Origin: a bacterium
GTDB lineage: Bacteria > UBP6 > JAFGXH01
Length of the DNA stretch: 64,000 bases
Assembly (NCBI GenBank): GCA_027064085.1
Contig: JAMOQH010000141.1
Coordinates: forward strand, 2,259-66,258
Direction of reading: 5' to 3'
Part shown: in pieces, positions 1 to 10,152 of the stretch
Position numbering within the stretch: the stretch's first letter is position 1
Layout: each line of letters begins with the position of its first letter
Notes under the pieces: model-generated
The model's database searches: none
Told to the model about the DNA's origin: nothing
Seen by the model: only the letters and a program-made list of their open reading frames with translations
Position numbers and translations under genes: made by a program

Positions 1-1
1 T

Positions 2-619
2 AAAAAAGAATCTATTAATATTCTTAAAGATAGTTTTTTTCAATTTCAAAATAAATTTAAAAAATCTAAAATACCTAATTTATTTGAAAGGCGTTTAAGT
101 GTTCTTAAAAAGAATGGATATGTAGATAAAACTAATAATTTAACAGAAAAAGGAAATTTTTTAGCAAAAGTTTATACTGAATCTTTAATTGTTTCTGAAA
201 TTTTTACCGCTGAAAATATTCTTGACTACACTGCATTAGAATTATTTTTTATTTTAACATCTATAATATACGAGCCAAGCAAAAACAATAATTTTAGGTT
301 TAAGAAAAAAGACTTACAAGAAGGATGGAAAGTTTTAGATGGATTTGATAATAATGGATTTATTTTTAATTATTTTGAAAATAAAAAAGCAATTTCTTTA
401 TATCCATTTATAAAATTATGGTTTAAAGCAGATGTTAGTTTTGTTGAATTGATGACTTATACTAATCTCCAAGAAGGAAATATCATTAGGTTATTCAGAA
501 TGACTATTGATTTAATATTTCAAATTATAAATGCAAGTAATAACGAAGAACTAATAGAAAGACTTAAATATATTGTATATTCAATAGAAAGAGAATACAT
601 TAAATATGAAGGGTTTTAG
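2..619 (+). CDS. 3' fragment of a larger gene; C-terminal tail of a Ski2-like/DEAD-DEAH superfamily-2 helicase (DSHCT-like)
   Basis: Frame 2 is open from the window edge to TAG at 617-619; it is absent from the ORF track because no start lies in the window. Hand translation gives ...RRLSVLKKNGYVDKTNNLTEKGNFLAKVYTESLIVSEIF...LQEGNIIRLFRMTIDLIFQI..., which resembles the conserved C-terminal helical domain of Ski2/HelY-type helicases. Confidence 0.45.
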   Translation, partial: KKESINILKDSFFQFQNKFKKSKIPNLFERRLSVLKKNGYVDKTNNLTEKGNFLAKVYTESLIVSEIFTAENILDYTALELFFILTSIIYEPSKNNNFRFKKKDLQEGWKVLDGFDNNGFIFNYFENKKAISLYPFIKLWFKADVSFVELMTYTNLQEGNIIRLFRMTIDLIFQIINASNNEELIERLKYIVYSIEREYIKYEGF

Positions 620-686
620 AAAATAAAGAAAATTATTTACAAAGAGTAAAAAATATAATAAAATGTAGTGTTTTAGGATCTTTATT

Positions 687-1640
687 ATGATTACAATTAA
701 TGATTTTTTAAAAAAATATAAAGAAGATTTATCAATTACTTCAGTATTTGAGAATAATGCTTTAGAAAATCAAATAAAAACTTATAATATTCAAAAAACT
801 GCATTAGCCTTAACAAAAGGAATGGCTAATTCGGTGTATAATCACAGAATTCAAATTTTTGGAAGAATGGAATTTTCTTATTTAATAAAAAATATTGATA
901 CTATTGAAAAAAATATTAAAGAAATTTTTGAAACTAGAATTATTCCTGTAATTATACTAACTAACTCTTTAGAATTTCCTGATGTTGTAAAAAAGCTGGC
1001 TCTTGAATATAATGTTGTTTTAATAGTAACAGATTTGGAAACTGAGAGATTTATTGACATCATTACACATATACTCAGAGATATTTTTGCTAAAGAATTA
1101 ACCCTACACGGCTCTCTTATCGATGTTCATGGGGTGGGATTATTATTATTAGGTAAATCAGGAATTGGAAAATCTGAAACAGCTCTTGAACTTGTTGAAA
1201 GAGGGCACAGATTTGTTGCAGATGATGTAATTAAAGTGAAATATTCAGGTGGTGATTTTGTTTATGGTTATGCTCCTGAAATTTTAAAACATCATCTTGA
1301 AATTCGTGGAGTTGGTTTAATAAATATAAGAGCATTATTTGGAATTGTATCTGTAAGGGATAGAAAAAAAATAGAAATGGTAATTGAATTAGTAGACTGG
1401 GATAAAACAGAAAATTATGATAGAATAGGAATAAGAAAACACTATTACACATTATTGCATGCAAAATTACCATACTTAAAACTTCCTCTTAGGCAAGGAA
1501 GAGATATTGCAACAATAATTGAAATTGCAGTTAGAAACCAATTAGCAAAATTACAAGGATTTGATGCTGCACAAGAATTTAATGATAAATTATTAGCCCA
1601 AATTTCAAAAAATAAAAATGCTTTGGAGGTAAGAGAGTGA
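687..1640 (+). CDS. hprK: HPr kinase/phosphorylase
   Basis: P-loop GKSGIGKSETALELVERGHRFVADD and signature LEIRGVGLINI. Typical length of 317 aa. The stop overlaps the rapZ GTG start (GTGA). Confidence 0.9.
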   Translation: MITINDFLKKYKEDLSITSVFENNALENQIKTYNIQKTALALTKGMANSVYNHRIQIFGRMEFSYLIKNIDTIEKNIKEIFETRIIPVIILTNSLEFPDVVKKLALEYNVVLIVTDLETERFIDIITHILRDIFAKELTLHGSLIDVHGVGLLLLGKSGIGKSETALELVERGHRFVADDVIKVKYSGGDFVYGYAPEILKHHLEIRGVGLINIRALFGIVSVRDRKKIEMVIELVDWDKTENYDRIGIRKHYYTLLHAKLPYLKLPLRQGRDIATIIEIAVRNQLAKLQGFDAAQEFNDKLLAQISKNKNALEVRE

Positions 1641-2479
1641 ACATTGTTATAGTGACAGGTCTTTCTGGCTCGGGTAAATCTAGTGTATTAAACTATTTAG
1701 AAGATAAAAATTTTTATTGTGTTGATAACCTACCATTAGTTTTAATTGATAAATTCTTAGAAATACTTGAAAAAACCAATTATGAAAATATAGCTATTGG
1801 TATAGATATTAGAGAATACTTAATTTCTGAAGATTTTGAAAAATTTGAAAACATTAAAAATAGAATAGAAAATGTTTTTATTCTATTTTTAGACACAATA
1901 ACAAAAGAATTATATAAAAGATACAACGAATCAAGAAGAAAACATCCACTAAATGAAACAAATTTAGAGAAAGCTATTGAAAAGGAAAAATATATACTAG
2001 AACCTATAAAAAAAGATAGTGATTTCGTTTTGGATACTACAAATTTACCTTTAAAATCATTATATAAAGAATTAGATAATATTTTTAGATTAAAAAAAGA
2101 TGAATCAAATTTTTTTATTAATATTAGTTCATTTGGATTTAAATATAGTAATTTTAAAAATTCTCATCTAATGTTTGATGTTAGATTTTTACCAAACCCA
2201 TTTTTTATTAAAGAATTAAAGCATAAAACTGGTTTAGATGATGATGTTTATAACTATGTCTTAAACCACAATGAAACAAAAGAATTCTTAAAGAGGTTAG
2301 ATTACATTATAAATTACTTATTACCTCTGTATGAAAAAGAAGGTAGACATTATTTAAATATTGCAATTGGCTGTACAGGAGGAAAACATCGTTCAGTATC
2401 AATTGCAAGATACCTACATAAAAAACTATTAAAAAATTACAATGTAACAATTACGCACAGGGAAATTAAGGGGGATTAA
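1637..2479 (+). CDS. rapZ: RNase adapter / nucleotide-binding protein RapZ (YvcJ family)
   Basis: N-terminal VIVTGLSGSGKSSVLNYLEDKNFYCVDNLP and C-terminal GCTGGKHRSV motifs. 280 aa, with a GTG start. Confidence 0.9.
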   Translation: MNIVIVTGLSGSGKSSVLNYLEDKNFYCVDNLPLVLIDKFLEILEKTNYENIAIGIDIREYLISEDFEKFENIKNRIENVFILFLDTITKELYKRYNESRRKHPLNETNLEKAIEKEKYILEPIKKDSDFVLDTTNLPLKSLYKELDNIFRLKKDESNFFINISSFGFKYSNFKNSHLMFDVRFLPNPFFIKELKHKTGLDDDVYNYVLNHNETKEFLKRLDYIINYLLPLYEKEGRHYLNIAIGCTGGKHRSVSIARYLHKKLLKNYNVTITHREIKGD

Positions 2480-2745
2480 TGATTTCTGAAAGAAATGCAA
2501 TTTTAAAAAACTCAAGAGGATTACATGCTAGGCCAGCAGCAATGCTTGTTAGTGCAGCAAAAGAATTCAAATCAGATATTACATTTTCAAAAGATAACGA
2601 TACCGTTAACGCTAAAAGTATAATGGGGGTATTAATGCTTGCCGCACCAAGTGGTACATCTATTCATATTAGAGCAAATGGAGATGATGCTGAACAAGCG
2701 GTAAATGAGCTTTACGAACTTATTGAAAACGAGATGGAATATTGA
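2479..2745 (+). CDS. ptsH: Phosphocarrier protein HPr
   Basis: 88 aa. His-15 site GLHARPAA and Ser-46 site NAKSIMGVLML. The start overlaps the rapZ stop (TAATG). Confidence 0.9.
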   Translation: MISERNAILKNSRGLHARPAAMLVSAAKEFKSDITFSKDNDTVNAKSIMGVLMLAAPSGTSIHIRANGDDAEQAVNELYELIENEMEY

Positions 2746-4475
2746 AAGATAAACCTAAGCCTCATAACTTTAAAGGAAATAAAAATTATAAATCTATTAT
2801 TATTGGATTTATCAGGATTTTAAAAAAAGATAATGTTATTGTTCCTAAATATAAAATAGAAAATACTGAATTAGAAGTTAAAAATCTTTTAAATGCAATA
2901 AATGAAGTAAAAAAAGAAGTGAAATTATTACAAAAAAAAATAAACCCCAATAAAGAAAAGGATATTTATGCCATTTTTGATTTTTATAAAATGTATCTAG
3001 AAGATGATTATTATATAAATGATGCAATTGAAGAAATAAGAGAAAAAAAATTAAATGCAGCATATATAATAGAAGAAAGACACAAAAAAACAATTTCATT
3101 TTTTAATACTCTAGAAGATCCTAAAATGAGAGAAAGAAAAGATGATATTGATTTTCTAACTCAAAAAGTACTAAATTATTTACTTAAAAATAAAGGAAAT
3201 AGTAGTAACATTTTATCAAATCAAGTTATATTTGCTAAAAAAATATCTCCATTGGATTTAATACTATATCATGCACAAGGCGTTAAAGCTATCGTGACAG
3301 AAGAAGGAACATTCACCTCACATACATCAATAATTGCAAATACTCTTGATATTTCCTATATTATGGGAATTGAGAATTGTTTAAATGCTGTAAATAATAA
3401 TGATATTGCCATTATTAATGGATTTACCGGGGAGATAATTATAAATCCTGAACAAAGTAGTATTACAAAATATAAAATAAAAAAAGAAGAACAAGAAAAC
3501 CTTTTGCTAGAACTAGAAAAGGAAGCTCTTTATAAAAGTTATACTACAGACAATAAATATATAAAGATAATGTCTAATATTGATGTTATTGATGCTCCAG
3601 AAAAAATAAATAAATATAATTTTGAGGGAATTGGTCTTGCTCGCTCTGAATTTATGTTTCACGACAAAGAAACGATTCCATCTTATGAAGAACAGCTAAT
3701 AATTTATAAAGAGCTATTAATAAAAAATAAAAATATTGAAGTTACAATAAGAACTTTTGATTTTAGTGAAGATAAAACACCAAATACGCTAAAAGTTTTT
3801 CATCAACATAATCCATCAATGGGACTTAGAGGAATTAGATTCTCATTTTATCAAAAAATATTTAAAACACAATTGAAGGCTTTAATTGAGGCTTCTAAAT
3901 TTGGTAATTTAAAGATTTTATTTCCAATGATTAGCTCATATCAAGAATTTATAGATATAAAAAAAATAGAAGCTGAAATTTTAAAGGAATTAAATATTAA
4001 AAAAAATTATAAACTTGGAATAATGATTGAAACTATTTCTTCCGTTTATATTTTACAAGATATTTATAAAGATATAGATTTTATTTCACTAGGTACAAAT
4101 GATTTAATGCAGTATTTTTTTGCTGTTGATAGAAGTAACAGTATAGTTAAATATTTATCATCTCCATTTGCTCCATCATTCATTAGATTTTTAAATGAAA
4201 TAACCTCTCTAATAAAAAAATATAATATTGAATTATCTATTTGTGGCAAAATTGCTTCCATGCCAAATATAATTCCAATTTTAATAGGTCTTAATTTAGA
4301 TATTTTATCAGTTTCTCCATTATCTATACCGATAATAAAAAGAGTAATTAAAAAAATATCATATTCAGAATCAGTAAAACTAGTTAATAAATTAATTAAA
4401 AATAAAACTTATAAAGAGAATGAAAATTTAGTTGCAAATTTTTTAAAAGACAATAAAGTTAATTTAGAATTTTAA
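2742..4475 (+). CDS. ptsI: PTS enzyme I (phosphoenolpyruvate-protein phosphotransferase)
   Basis: 577 aa. Phospho-His region GTFTSHTSIIA, PEP-binding motifs GLARSEFMF and GTNDLMQY, and catalytic Cys context ICGK. The TTG start overlaps the ptsH stop. Confidence 0.85.
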   Translation: MKDKPKPHNFKGNKNYKSIIIGFIRILKKDNVIVPKYKIENTELEVKNLLNAINEVKKEVKLLQKKINPNKEKDIYAIFDFYKMYLEDDYYINDAIEEIREKKLNAAYIIEERHKKTISFFNTLEDPKMRERKDDIDFLTQKVLNYLLKNKGNSSNILSNQVIFAKKISPLDLILYHAQGVKAIVTEEGTFTSHTSIIANTLDISYIMGIENCLNAVNNNDIAIINGFTGEIIINPEQSSITKYKIKKEEQENLLLELEKEALYKSYTTDNKYIKIMSNIDVIDAPEKINKYNFEGIGLARSEFMFHDKETIPSYEEQLIIYKELLIKNKNIEVTIRTFDFSEDKTPNTLKVFHQHNPSMGLRGIRFSFYQKIFKTQLKALIEASKFGNLKILFPMISSYQEFIDIKKIEAEILKELNIKKNYKLGIMIETISSVYILQDIYKDIDFISLGTNDLMQYFFAVDRSNSIVKYLSSPFAPSFIRFLNEITSLIKKYNIELSICGKIASMPNIIPILIGLNLDILSVSPLSIPIIKRVIKKISYSESVKLVNKLIKNKTYKENENLVANFLKDNKVNLEF

Positions 4476-5866
4476 AAGTTGATATTATAAACAGCTCTTG
4501 TAATATAATTTAAATCTGAATCTGAATTAATAATTGATTTACCTGCAGAAAATTCAATTCCTGAACTCATTGCTTCATCGTATTTATACATAAACTTGAA
4601 ACTTCCCCCCATTACATCATTTGTAAACCACTCTTCTTGTAGTGATAGTGGAGAAATTACTGAATTTTGTTGTTTATATAGAATAGTTAATTTAGATAAC
4701 AATGTTTTAGTTTCATGTTTAATACTAAATGAACCTCCCAAATTATCTTTATCTTTAGAAAAGTTGAAAGAACCACCTAATTGAAATGTTAATTTATTGT
4801 TTTCATTTAAATTTAATGCATAAGATAAAAATCCTGCTAAATAATGATTTTGAGTTGAATAGGTTTCTCCATTTGATAAACCATTAAATAATGTGTCTAA
4901 AGTCTTTCCATATAACCATGTATAATATAATGAAACATTTAAATTATCATTTTTAAAACCCAAATTAACAGTTGATAAGCTAGCAATATCTATATCATCT
5001 GTAAAAACATTTTCATTTTGAAGAGCTGATAATAACAATTTATAGTAAAGTCCTGATTTAGTTGAACCATAAATATTAACCCCATCAAAACTTAAAGATT
5101 TGCTAAAAAAGTAATCATCTTCCATAGGGGAGAAAAATCTACCCATTCTTGTATTTAATAAACCGGTGATATCTTTTCTTGTATAAAATGCTTCCTTTAA
5201 ACCAATTGGCAATTTATTTCCTTGGATTGTTGAAATTGTTACCCAGTCATTATTTATTTTTTCTGAAAGCGTTCCAAGTGTAATTCTAAAATCAGAGCTT
5301 GTAAAGTCCTTTGAAAATGATAGATTGAATTCATTTTGTAATTCAAAAAATGTATTACCTGTATTATTGTCATCATCTCTAACATTTACTCTTACTCCAA
5401 CATTTCCACTAATATCAACAATATCTAAATATTTTTTAGTATTAATATTTTGAACTAATTTTTTATCATTAAACGGATTTTCTGTAGAATTTGGATTTAT
5501 AACTTTTCCGTTATTCTCTTTTAGGTCTTTATTGTTTTTATCCTTTTCTTTTTTATCCCCAAGCCCTATCATAAATTTTTGGGGATCAATTTCGTCACTA
5601 TTTATATTTTGAGTTTTAATTTTATTATCTTTTACATCTTTTAAATTATGAGGATCAATGATTTTACTACCATCCTTTTCACCTGCTCCTTTTTTCACAG
5701 ATTTTTTAATATCCTTCTCATCTTTAAGCTCTTTATCGAGTTTCTCTACAATAATAGGATTAATAACTTTAATATTTTTTTCCTTAGGCAAATTTTCCTT
5801 GTTCTCTTTACTATCAGTAGCAAGAATAACAAATGGTATTAATAATGATAATATTAAATATTTCAT
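4472..5866 (-). CDS. Predicted outer-membrane beta-barrel protein with a Lys/Asp-rich N-terminal region
   Basis: N-terminal signal peptide MKYLILSLLIPFVILA. Alternating beta-strand-like C-terminal half ending in an aromatic residue (...VYNINF), as in OMPs. Confidence 0.5.
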   Translation of the reverse strand: MKYLILSLLIPFVILATDSKENKENLPKEKNIKVINPIIVEKLDKELKDEKDIKKSVKKGAGEKDGSKIIDPHNLKDVKDNKIKTQNINSDEIDPQKFMIGLGDKKEKDKNNKDLKENNGKVINPNSTENPFNDKKLVQNINTKKYLDIVDISGNVGVRVNVRDDDNNTGNTFFELQNEFNLSFSKDFTSSDFRITLGTLSEKINNDWVTISTIQGNKLPIGLKEAFYTRKDITGLLNTRMGRFFSPMEDDYFFSKSLSFDGVNIYGSTKSGLYYKLLLSALQNENVFTDDIDIASLSTVNLGFKNDNLNVSLYYTWLYGKTLDTLFNGLSNGETYSTQNHYLAGFLSYALNLNENNKLTFQLGGSFNFSKDKDNLGGSFSIKHETKTLLSKLTILYKQQNSVISPLSLQEEWFTNDVMGGSFKFMYKYDEAMSSGIEFSAGKSIINSDSDLNYITRAVYNINF

Positions 5867-5912
5867 GGAATCTCCTTAAAAGTACTTATATTAGACTGTA
5901 GTAAACATCTTT

Positions 5913-7733
5913 TTATTCAACAGTAACTGATTTTGCTAAATTTCTTGGTTGATCAACATCAGTTCCTTTAATATCTGCAACAAAATATGAAAATAATTGC
6001 ATAGGTATAACATTTAAAAAAGGCTCTAAAAGATTAAGTGTTTTAGGAACAAATATAACATCATCACAAAAATCTTTAATCTCTTTATTTCCCTCCGTTG
6101 CAATCGCAATAACTTTACCTTTTCTAGCTTTTATTTCTTGTAGGTTACTTAATACTTTATCATAGTTATTTCCATCTGTTACAATAATAAAAGTAGGCAT
6201 ATTCTCATCAATTAATGCAATTGGACCATGTTTCATTTCTCCTGCTGGATATGCTTCTGCATGAATATATGAAATTTCCTTTAACTTTAAAGCACCTTCT
6301 AATGCTATGGGAAAATTTAATCCTCTTCCTAAATATAAAAAATCAGAATATAGATGATATTTTTGTGACAATGTAAAAATATATTCAGAAGTCTTCAATA
6401 TTTTATTTATATTTTCAGGTAATAACAATGCACCCTCAAGTATTTTTTTATCTAAAACACTAGTTTTTACTTTTTTAAAATATAAAGCTAACAATAAAAT
6501 CACTGACATCTGTGTTGTAAATGCTTTTGTTGATGCAACACCTATTTCAGGTCCAGCATAAGTATACAGAACAGCATCAGATTCTCTAGGAATAGAAGAG
6601 TTAAATACATTGCAAATAGATAATATTTTACTGTCTTCTTTTTTAGCCATTTTTACAGCAGCTAAGGTATCAGCCGTCTCTCCTGATTGAGAAATTGGAA
6701 TTACTAAAGTATTTTTGTCTAAAATAGGATTTCTATATCTATATTCAGAGGCATAATCAACTTCTACAGGAATTCGGGCAATTGATTCAATTAAATACTT
6801 CCCGATTAATCCAGAATGCCATGATGTTCCACAAGCAGTTATAACTATTTTCTGTAAATCATTTTTAATAAAACTATCAAGATTAGAAATATCTAAATCT
6901 AACTCATCTCCACCTTTTAAAATTCTCCCCCTAAAAGTATCCGCAACTGAACGGGATTGTTCATTTATTTCTTTGAGCATAAAATGCTTATATTCCCCTT
7001 TTTCTGCCATTAGAGGGGATATGTTTAATGTTTTAATATTGTATTCTTTAGGAGATAATTCAAAATCTGTTATTTTCATATCAGACTTGGTTATTATAAC
7101 CAAGTCCCCATCATTTAAATAAATAAATTTATTTGTATAAGATAAAATTGCAGGCACATCACTTGCAACATAAGTACCCTCATCTGATAAACCTATAATC
7201 ATTGGGCTATCTTTTTTAAACGCAATTAACTTTTCTTCTAGTTTACTTATAACAAGTACCGCATAAGCTCCTTCAAGTTTTTTGATTGTTTTAATTACAG
7301 CATTTTCAAAATTTAAGTTTTTTTTATAATAATACTCTATTAAATGAACTATCATTTCACTGTCTGTATCACTAGATATTTTTGTTCCATTTTCTATCAT
7401 AAATGATTTTAGTTCTCTGTAATTTTCAATTATACCATTGTGAACGATTACAAAATTTTCTGAATTATGAGGATGTGCATTTTTTTCAGAAGGAATACCA
7501 TGAGTTGCCCAACGAGTATGTGCAATACCAATACTACCCTCTACATTCTTTACTGAATAAATTACTTTTTTTAAATTTCTTAATTTACCATTTGCTCTAT
7601 ATCTTGTAATAATACCTTTGTTTAATAAAGCTATTCCGGCACTATCATAACCCCTATATTCTAATTTTGTTAAACCATCTAAAAGTATATCACTACAATC
7701 ATTATTCCCAATATAACCAACTATTCCACACAT
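5913..7733 (-). CDS. glmS: Glutamine--fructose-6-phosphate aminotransferase
   Basis: MCGIVGYIG N-terminal nucleophile, two SIS-domain regions, canonical C-terminus ...AKSVTVE. 606 aa. Confidence 0.95.
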   Translation of the reverse strand: MCGIVGYIGNNDCSDILLDGLTKLEYRGYDSAGIALLNKGIITRYRANGKLRNLKKVIYSVKNVEGSIGIAHTRWATHGIPSEKNAHPHNSENFVIVHNGIIENYRELKSFMIENGTKISSDTDSEMIVHLIEYYYKKNLNFENAVIKTIKKLEGAYAVLVISKLEEKLIAFKKDSPMIIGLSDEGTYVASDVPAILSYTNKFIYLNDGDLVIITKSDMKITDFELSPKEYNIKTLNISPLMAEKGEYKHFMLKEINEQSRSVADTFRGRILKGGDELDLDISNLDSFIKNDLQKIVITACGTSWHSGLIGKYLIESIARIPVEVDYASEYRYRNPILDKNTLVIPISQSGETADTLAAVKMAKKEDSKILSICNVFNSSIPRESDAVLYTYAGPEIGVASTKAFTTQMSVILLLALYFKKVKTSVLDKKILEGALLLPENINKILKTSEYIFTLSQKYHLYSDFLYLGRGLNFPIALEGALKLKEISYIHAEAYPAGEMKHGPIALIDENMPTFIIVTDGNNYDKVLSNLQEIKARKGKVIAIATEGNKEIKDFCDDVIFVPKTLNLLEPFLNVIPMQLFSYFVADIKGTDVDQPRNLAKSVTVE

Positions 7734-7802
7734 TTTAATCCCATAAAAATCAATAAAAAGATATTATAATGTTGATTGTTATTAAATGTCAAGAAAGGCT
7801 TT

Positions 7803-9557
7803 CTATTTTGCGTCATCAATCCATTTTCTTACTTTTGATGCTCTTCCATACTTAGGATCGAGCCTTAAAAACTTTTTAAAATATTTAACAGCAGATTTAG
7901 GTTTTCCTAATTGATTTTTATATATCATACCTGTAGTTAAATACGGAGGTGCATATAAAGGATCTGCTTTCATTGCTGCTTTTAATTTCTTTAATGCAGT
8001 TGATGGTTTAGTTGTGGCTAAATTTCGTCCTTCACTAAAAAGAGCTTTTGCAAGACCGGTATTCCTTTTACTTATAGCTCTTTTCTTTTTAATTACTCTT
8101 TTTGTATTTTTTTTATTTCTTGTGTTTTTGTCAATAAAATTTAAGCGTTTTATTACAAGTTCACTGTTTTCATTAATTTCATTCGCAGCAGTCAAATACT
8201 GTCTTGCCAAAGCATAATTCTTTTCAGCTATTTTTTTATCCGTTAATTTAATAATCTTTTCAAAATAATTAGTTTTTTTCTTTTCATATTTTTTACTATA
8301 TGTTGTATGTTTAGGTATTGTTTTAAACTTTTCTATAGATTTAAGATATTTCTTATTATTAAATAATTTTGTCGCATCTATGTAAAGCTTCTTGTTTTTT
8401 AATTCTTTTTGAATTAATTTCATATCTGCTTTCGCACTTTTATTATTTGGACTTTTTTTGAGAATTTGCTTATAAATCCCGTTTGCCTTTTCCCAATTTT
8501 CATCTTTTATCAACTGTTTTCCATTTGAAAGCAAGCCCATTAGCTCTGGTGAGATATCATTGCTGTCATTGCTGTCATTTTCTATTTTTTTATTTTTTGG
8601 TAATTTTTTATTTTCAGCAGTATCATTTTTTAATTTTTTATTGCTATTATCAGTAGTAATATTTTCTTTATTCGTATTATTATCTTCATCTGTTTTATTA
8701 GATGGATTAAAAACAAAAAATAATATAATTGCTAATAACAATACTCCTCCAATAATTGCAAATAGCTTATTGTTATTTTCTGCTCCTGACTTTGATTTAT
8801 AAATATACTTAGAATTTTTATCACAATATCTAAAATTAATTGAAGACATTGAAATAATATCTGATTCTCTTAATTCTAAAATAGTATAAGGATCTCCATT
8901 TATTTTTAATCTACTTTTATTAGCTATATCTTTAATTTTAACACTGTTTTCATTGCATATTATTTTAGCTTCAATATCAGCAAGAGATTTATTTGTAACA
9001 ACGATATCAGCTTCGGGACTTTTACCTATAGTCATAACAGATTTTAAGATGTCAAATGATGTTCCAGCTAAATTAGAATCAAGAAAAACTATTTTATTGT
9101 ATGGTGGTTTTAATGGATAAGAAACATCAAGCCCCTTTTCTATGGAATCACCATCTTCCGTTTTATTACCGGTTATTTCACTTACAGGAACAGGTTTTAT
9201 TTTTTTATCATTTCTAGCTTTATCTGAATTGTCGTCTTTTATTAAAACAGTTTCATCATTATCTTCATTTTCATTAATTATAGTAATCAGATAATCACCT
9301 ATTTTTATTTCATCACCATTGTTTAATTGAACTTGTCCTTCTATTTTTTCTTCGTTTAAAAATGTTCCTACATAGGATTTTGTATCTTCTAGAAAAATAA
9401 GATTATTAGATTTTGTTAGTCTAGCATGCTTTCTTGATACATTTTGCTCTGTTAATCTAATTGTATTTCCTTCTTCTCTACCAATCGTTATTTCTTGCCT
9501 ATAAAAAGCAATCACAGTTTTATTAGACTCATCATCTTTAATAACAAGCTTATACAT
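7803..9557 (-). CDS. Membrane protein with two FHA domains and a C-terminal TPR-like region
   Basis: FHA signature ITIGREEGNTIRLTEQNVSRKHARL, then a second FHA-like MTIGKSPEADIVV...KINGD. One TM segment (FAIIGGVLLLAIILFFVF). Helical repeat tail. Confidence 0.75.
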   Translation of the reverse strand: MYKLVIKDDESNKTVIAFYRQEITIGREEGNTIRLTEQNVSRKHARLTKSNNLIFLEDTKSYVGTFLNEEKIEGQVQLNNGDEIKIGDYLITIINENEDNDETVLIKDDNSDKARNDKKIKPVPVSEITGNKTEDGDSIEKGLDVSYPLKPPYNKIVFLDSNLAGTSFDILKSVMTIGKSPEADIVVTNKSLADIEAKIICNENSVKIKDIANKSRLKINGDPYTILELRESDIISMSSINFRYCDKNSKYIYKSKSGAENNNKLFAIIGGVLLLAIILFFVFNPSNKTDEDNNTNKENITTDNSNKKLKNDTAENKKLPKNKKIENDSNDSNDISPELMGLLSNGKQLIKDENWEKANGIYKQILKKSPNNKSAKADMKLIQKELKNKKLYIDATKLFNNKKYLKSIEKFKTIPKHTTYSKKYEKKKTNYFEKIIKLTDKKIAEKNYALARQYLTAANEINENSELVIKRLNFIDKNTRNKKNTKRVIKKKRAISKRNTGLAKALFSEGRNLATTKPSTALKKLKAAMKADPLYAPPYLTTGMIYKNQLGKPKSAVKYFKKFLRLDPKYGRASKVRKWIDDAK

Positions 9558-9634
9558 TCGCTACCCCAATAATCTTCAATTTGTATTCTATCATAATTTA
9601 TTTTACTTAATCAAGAATTAAAAAAATAATTGCT

Positions 9635-9810
9635 ATAAAATCACATTATTTAAGTGATTTACATTATAGACGATTAAATTATTACTAGTGAGAGGTAATT
9701 ATAAGAATATCACAGCAAATGTTAATAGGAAATTTAACTAACAGGATTCACAACAACCAAGATAGCTATTTATCTTCGCAAGAGAAGCTTTCTATAGGAA
9801 AAAAAGTTAA
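9635..9810 (+). pseudogene. Degenerate duplicate of the flgL promoter plus first ~37 codons
   Basis: About 176 bp, roughly 90 percent identical by eye to 14003-14178. The flgL ATG is ATA here (aggtaattatAagaatatcacagcaaatg), and the frame runs into the 3' end of an opposite-strand gene. Confidence 0.65.
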
Positions 9811-9828
9811 GAAAAAACTAGTGAAAAG

Positions 9829-10152
9829 TTACAATACAGTTACTTTTCCAACATTATAATCACTAATTAAATCATCAAAAATAGACTCCTTATAGCTATT
9901 TGCAATATTCAACAAATCCTTTACTGAATTATCATCTAGTTTAGCTTCTAATCTCATTGTATTAGAAGTATTTTCCACTCTTATAAAATTATCACCATAT
10001 TCAACACTATATTCTATAAAATTATTATCAATAAAAGAATTATCTTTATAGTCTCTGTTGTCTTTACAAGCTTGCTCTTCAACTTTTTCGTGAGTACTAG
10101 AACAACTAATAAAAATTGTAAAAATAAAAATTGATAAAATTAAAAGTTTCAT
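9829..10152 (-). CDS. Small lipoprotein, chimeric paralog sharing the first 34 residues of the 401-aa lipoprotein
   Basis: MKLLILSIFIFTIFISCSSTHEKVEEQACKDNRD is identical to the N-terminus of ORF 10311-11516, followed by an unrelated body. Lipobox FISC. Could be a decaying copy. Confidence 0.4.
   Translation of the reverse strand: MKLLILSIFIFTIFISCSSTHEKVEEQACKDNRDYKDNSFIDNNFIEYSVEYGDNFIRVENTSNTMRLEAKLDDNSVKDLLNIANSYKESIFDDLISDYNVGKVTVL

Noticed and set aside
878-1473. Antisense ORFs of 61 and 80 aa inside hprK
   Set aside because: They lie entirely within a confidently assigned gene on the other strand. Their translations are low-complexity Leu/Phe/Ile-rich, as expected from AT-rich antisense frames.
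7734-7802. Possible glmS ribozyme or other leader element upstream of glmS
   Set aside because: Only 69 nt separate the glmS start from the preceding gene's stop. That is far shorter than a glmS ribozyme, and no obvious structure is present.
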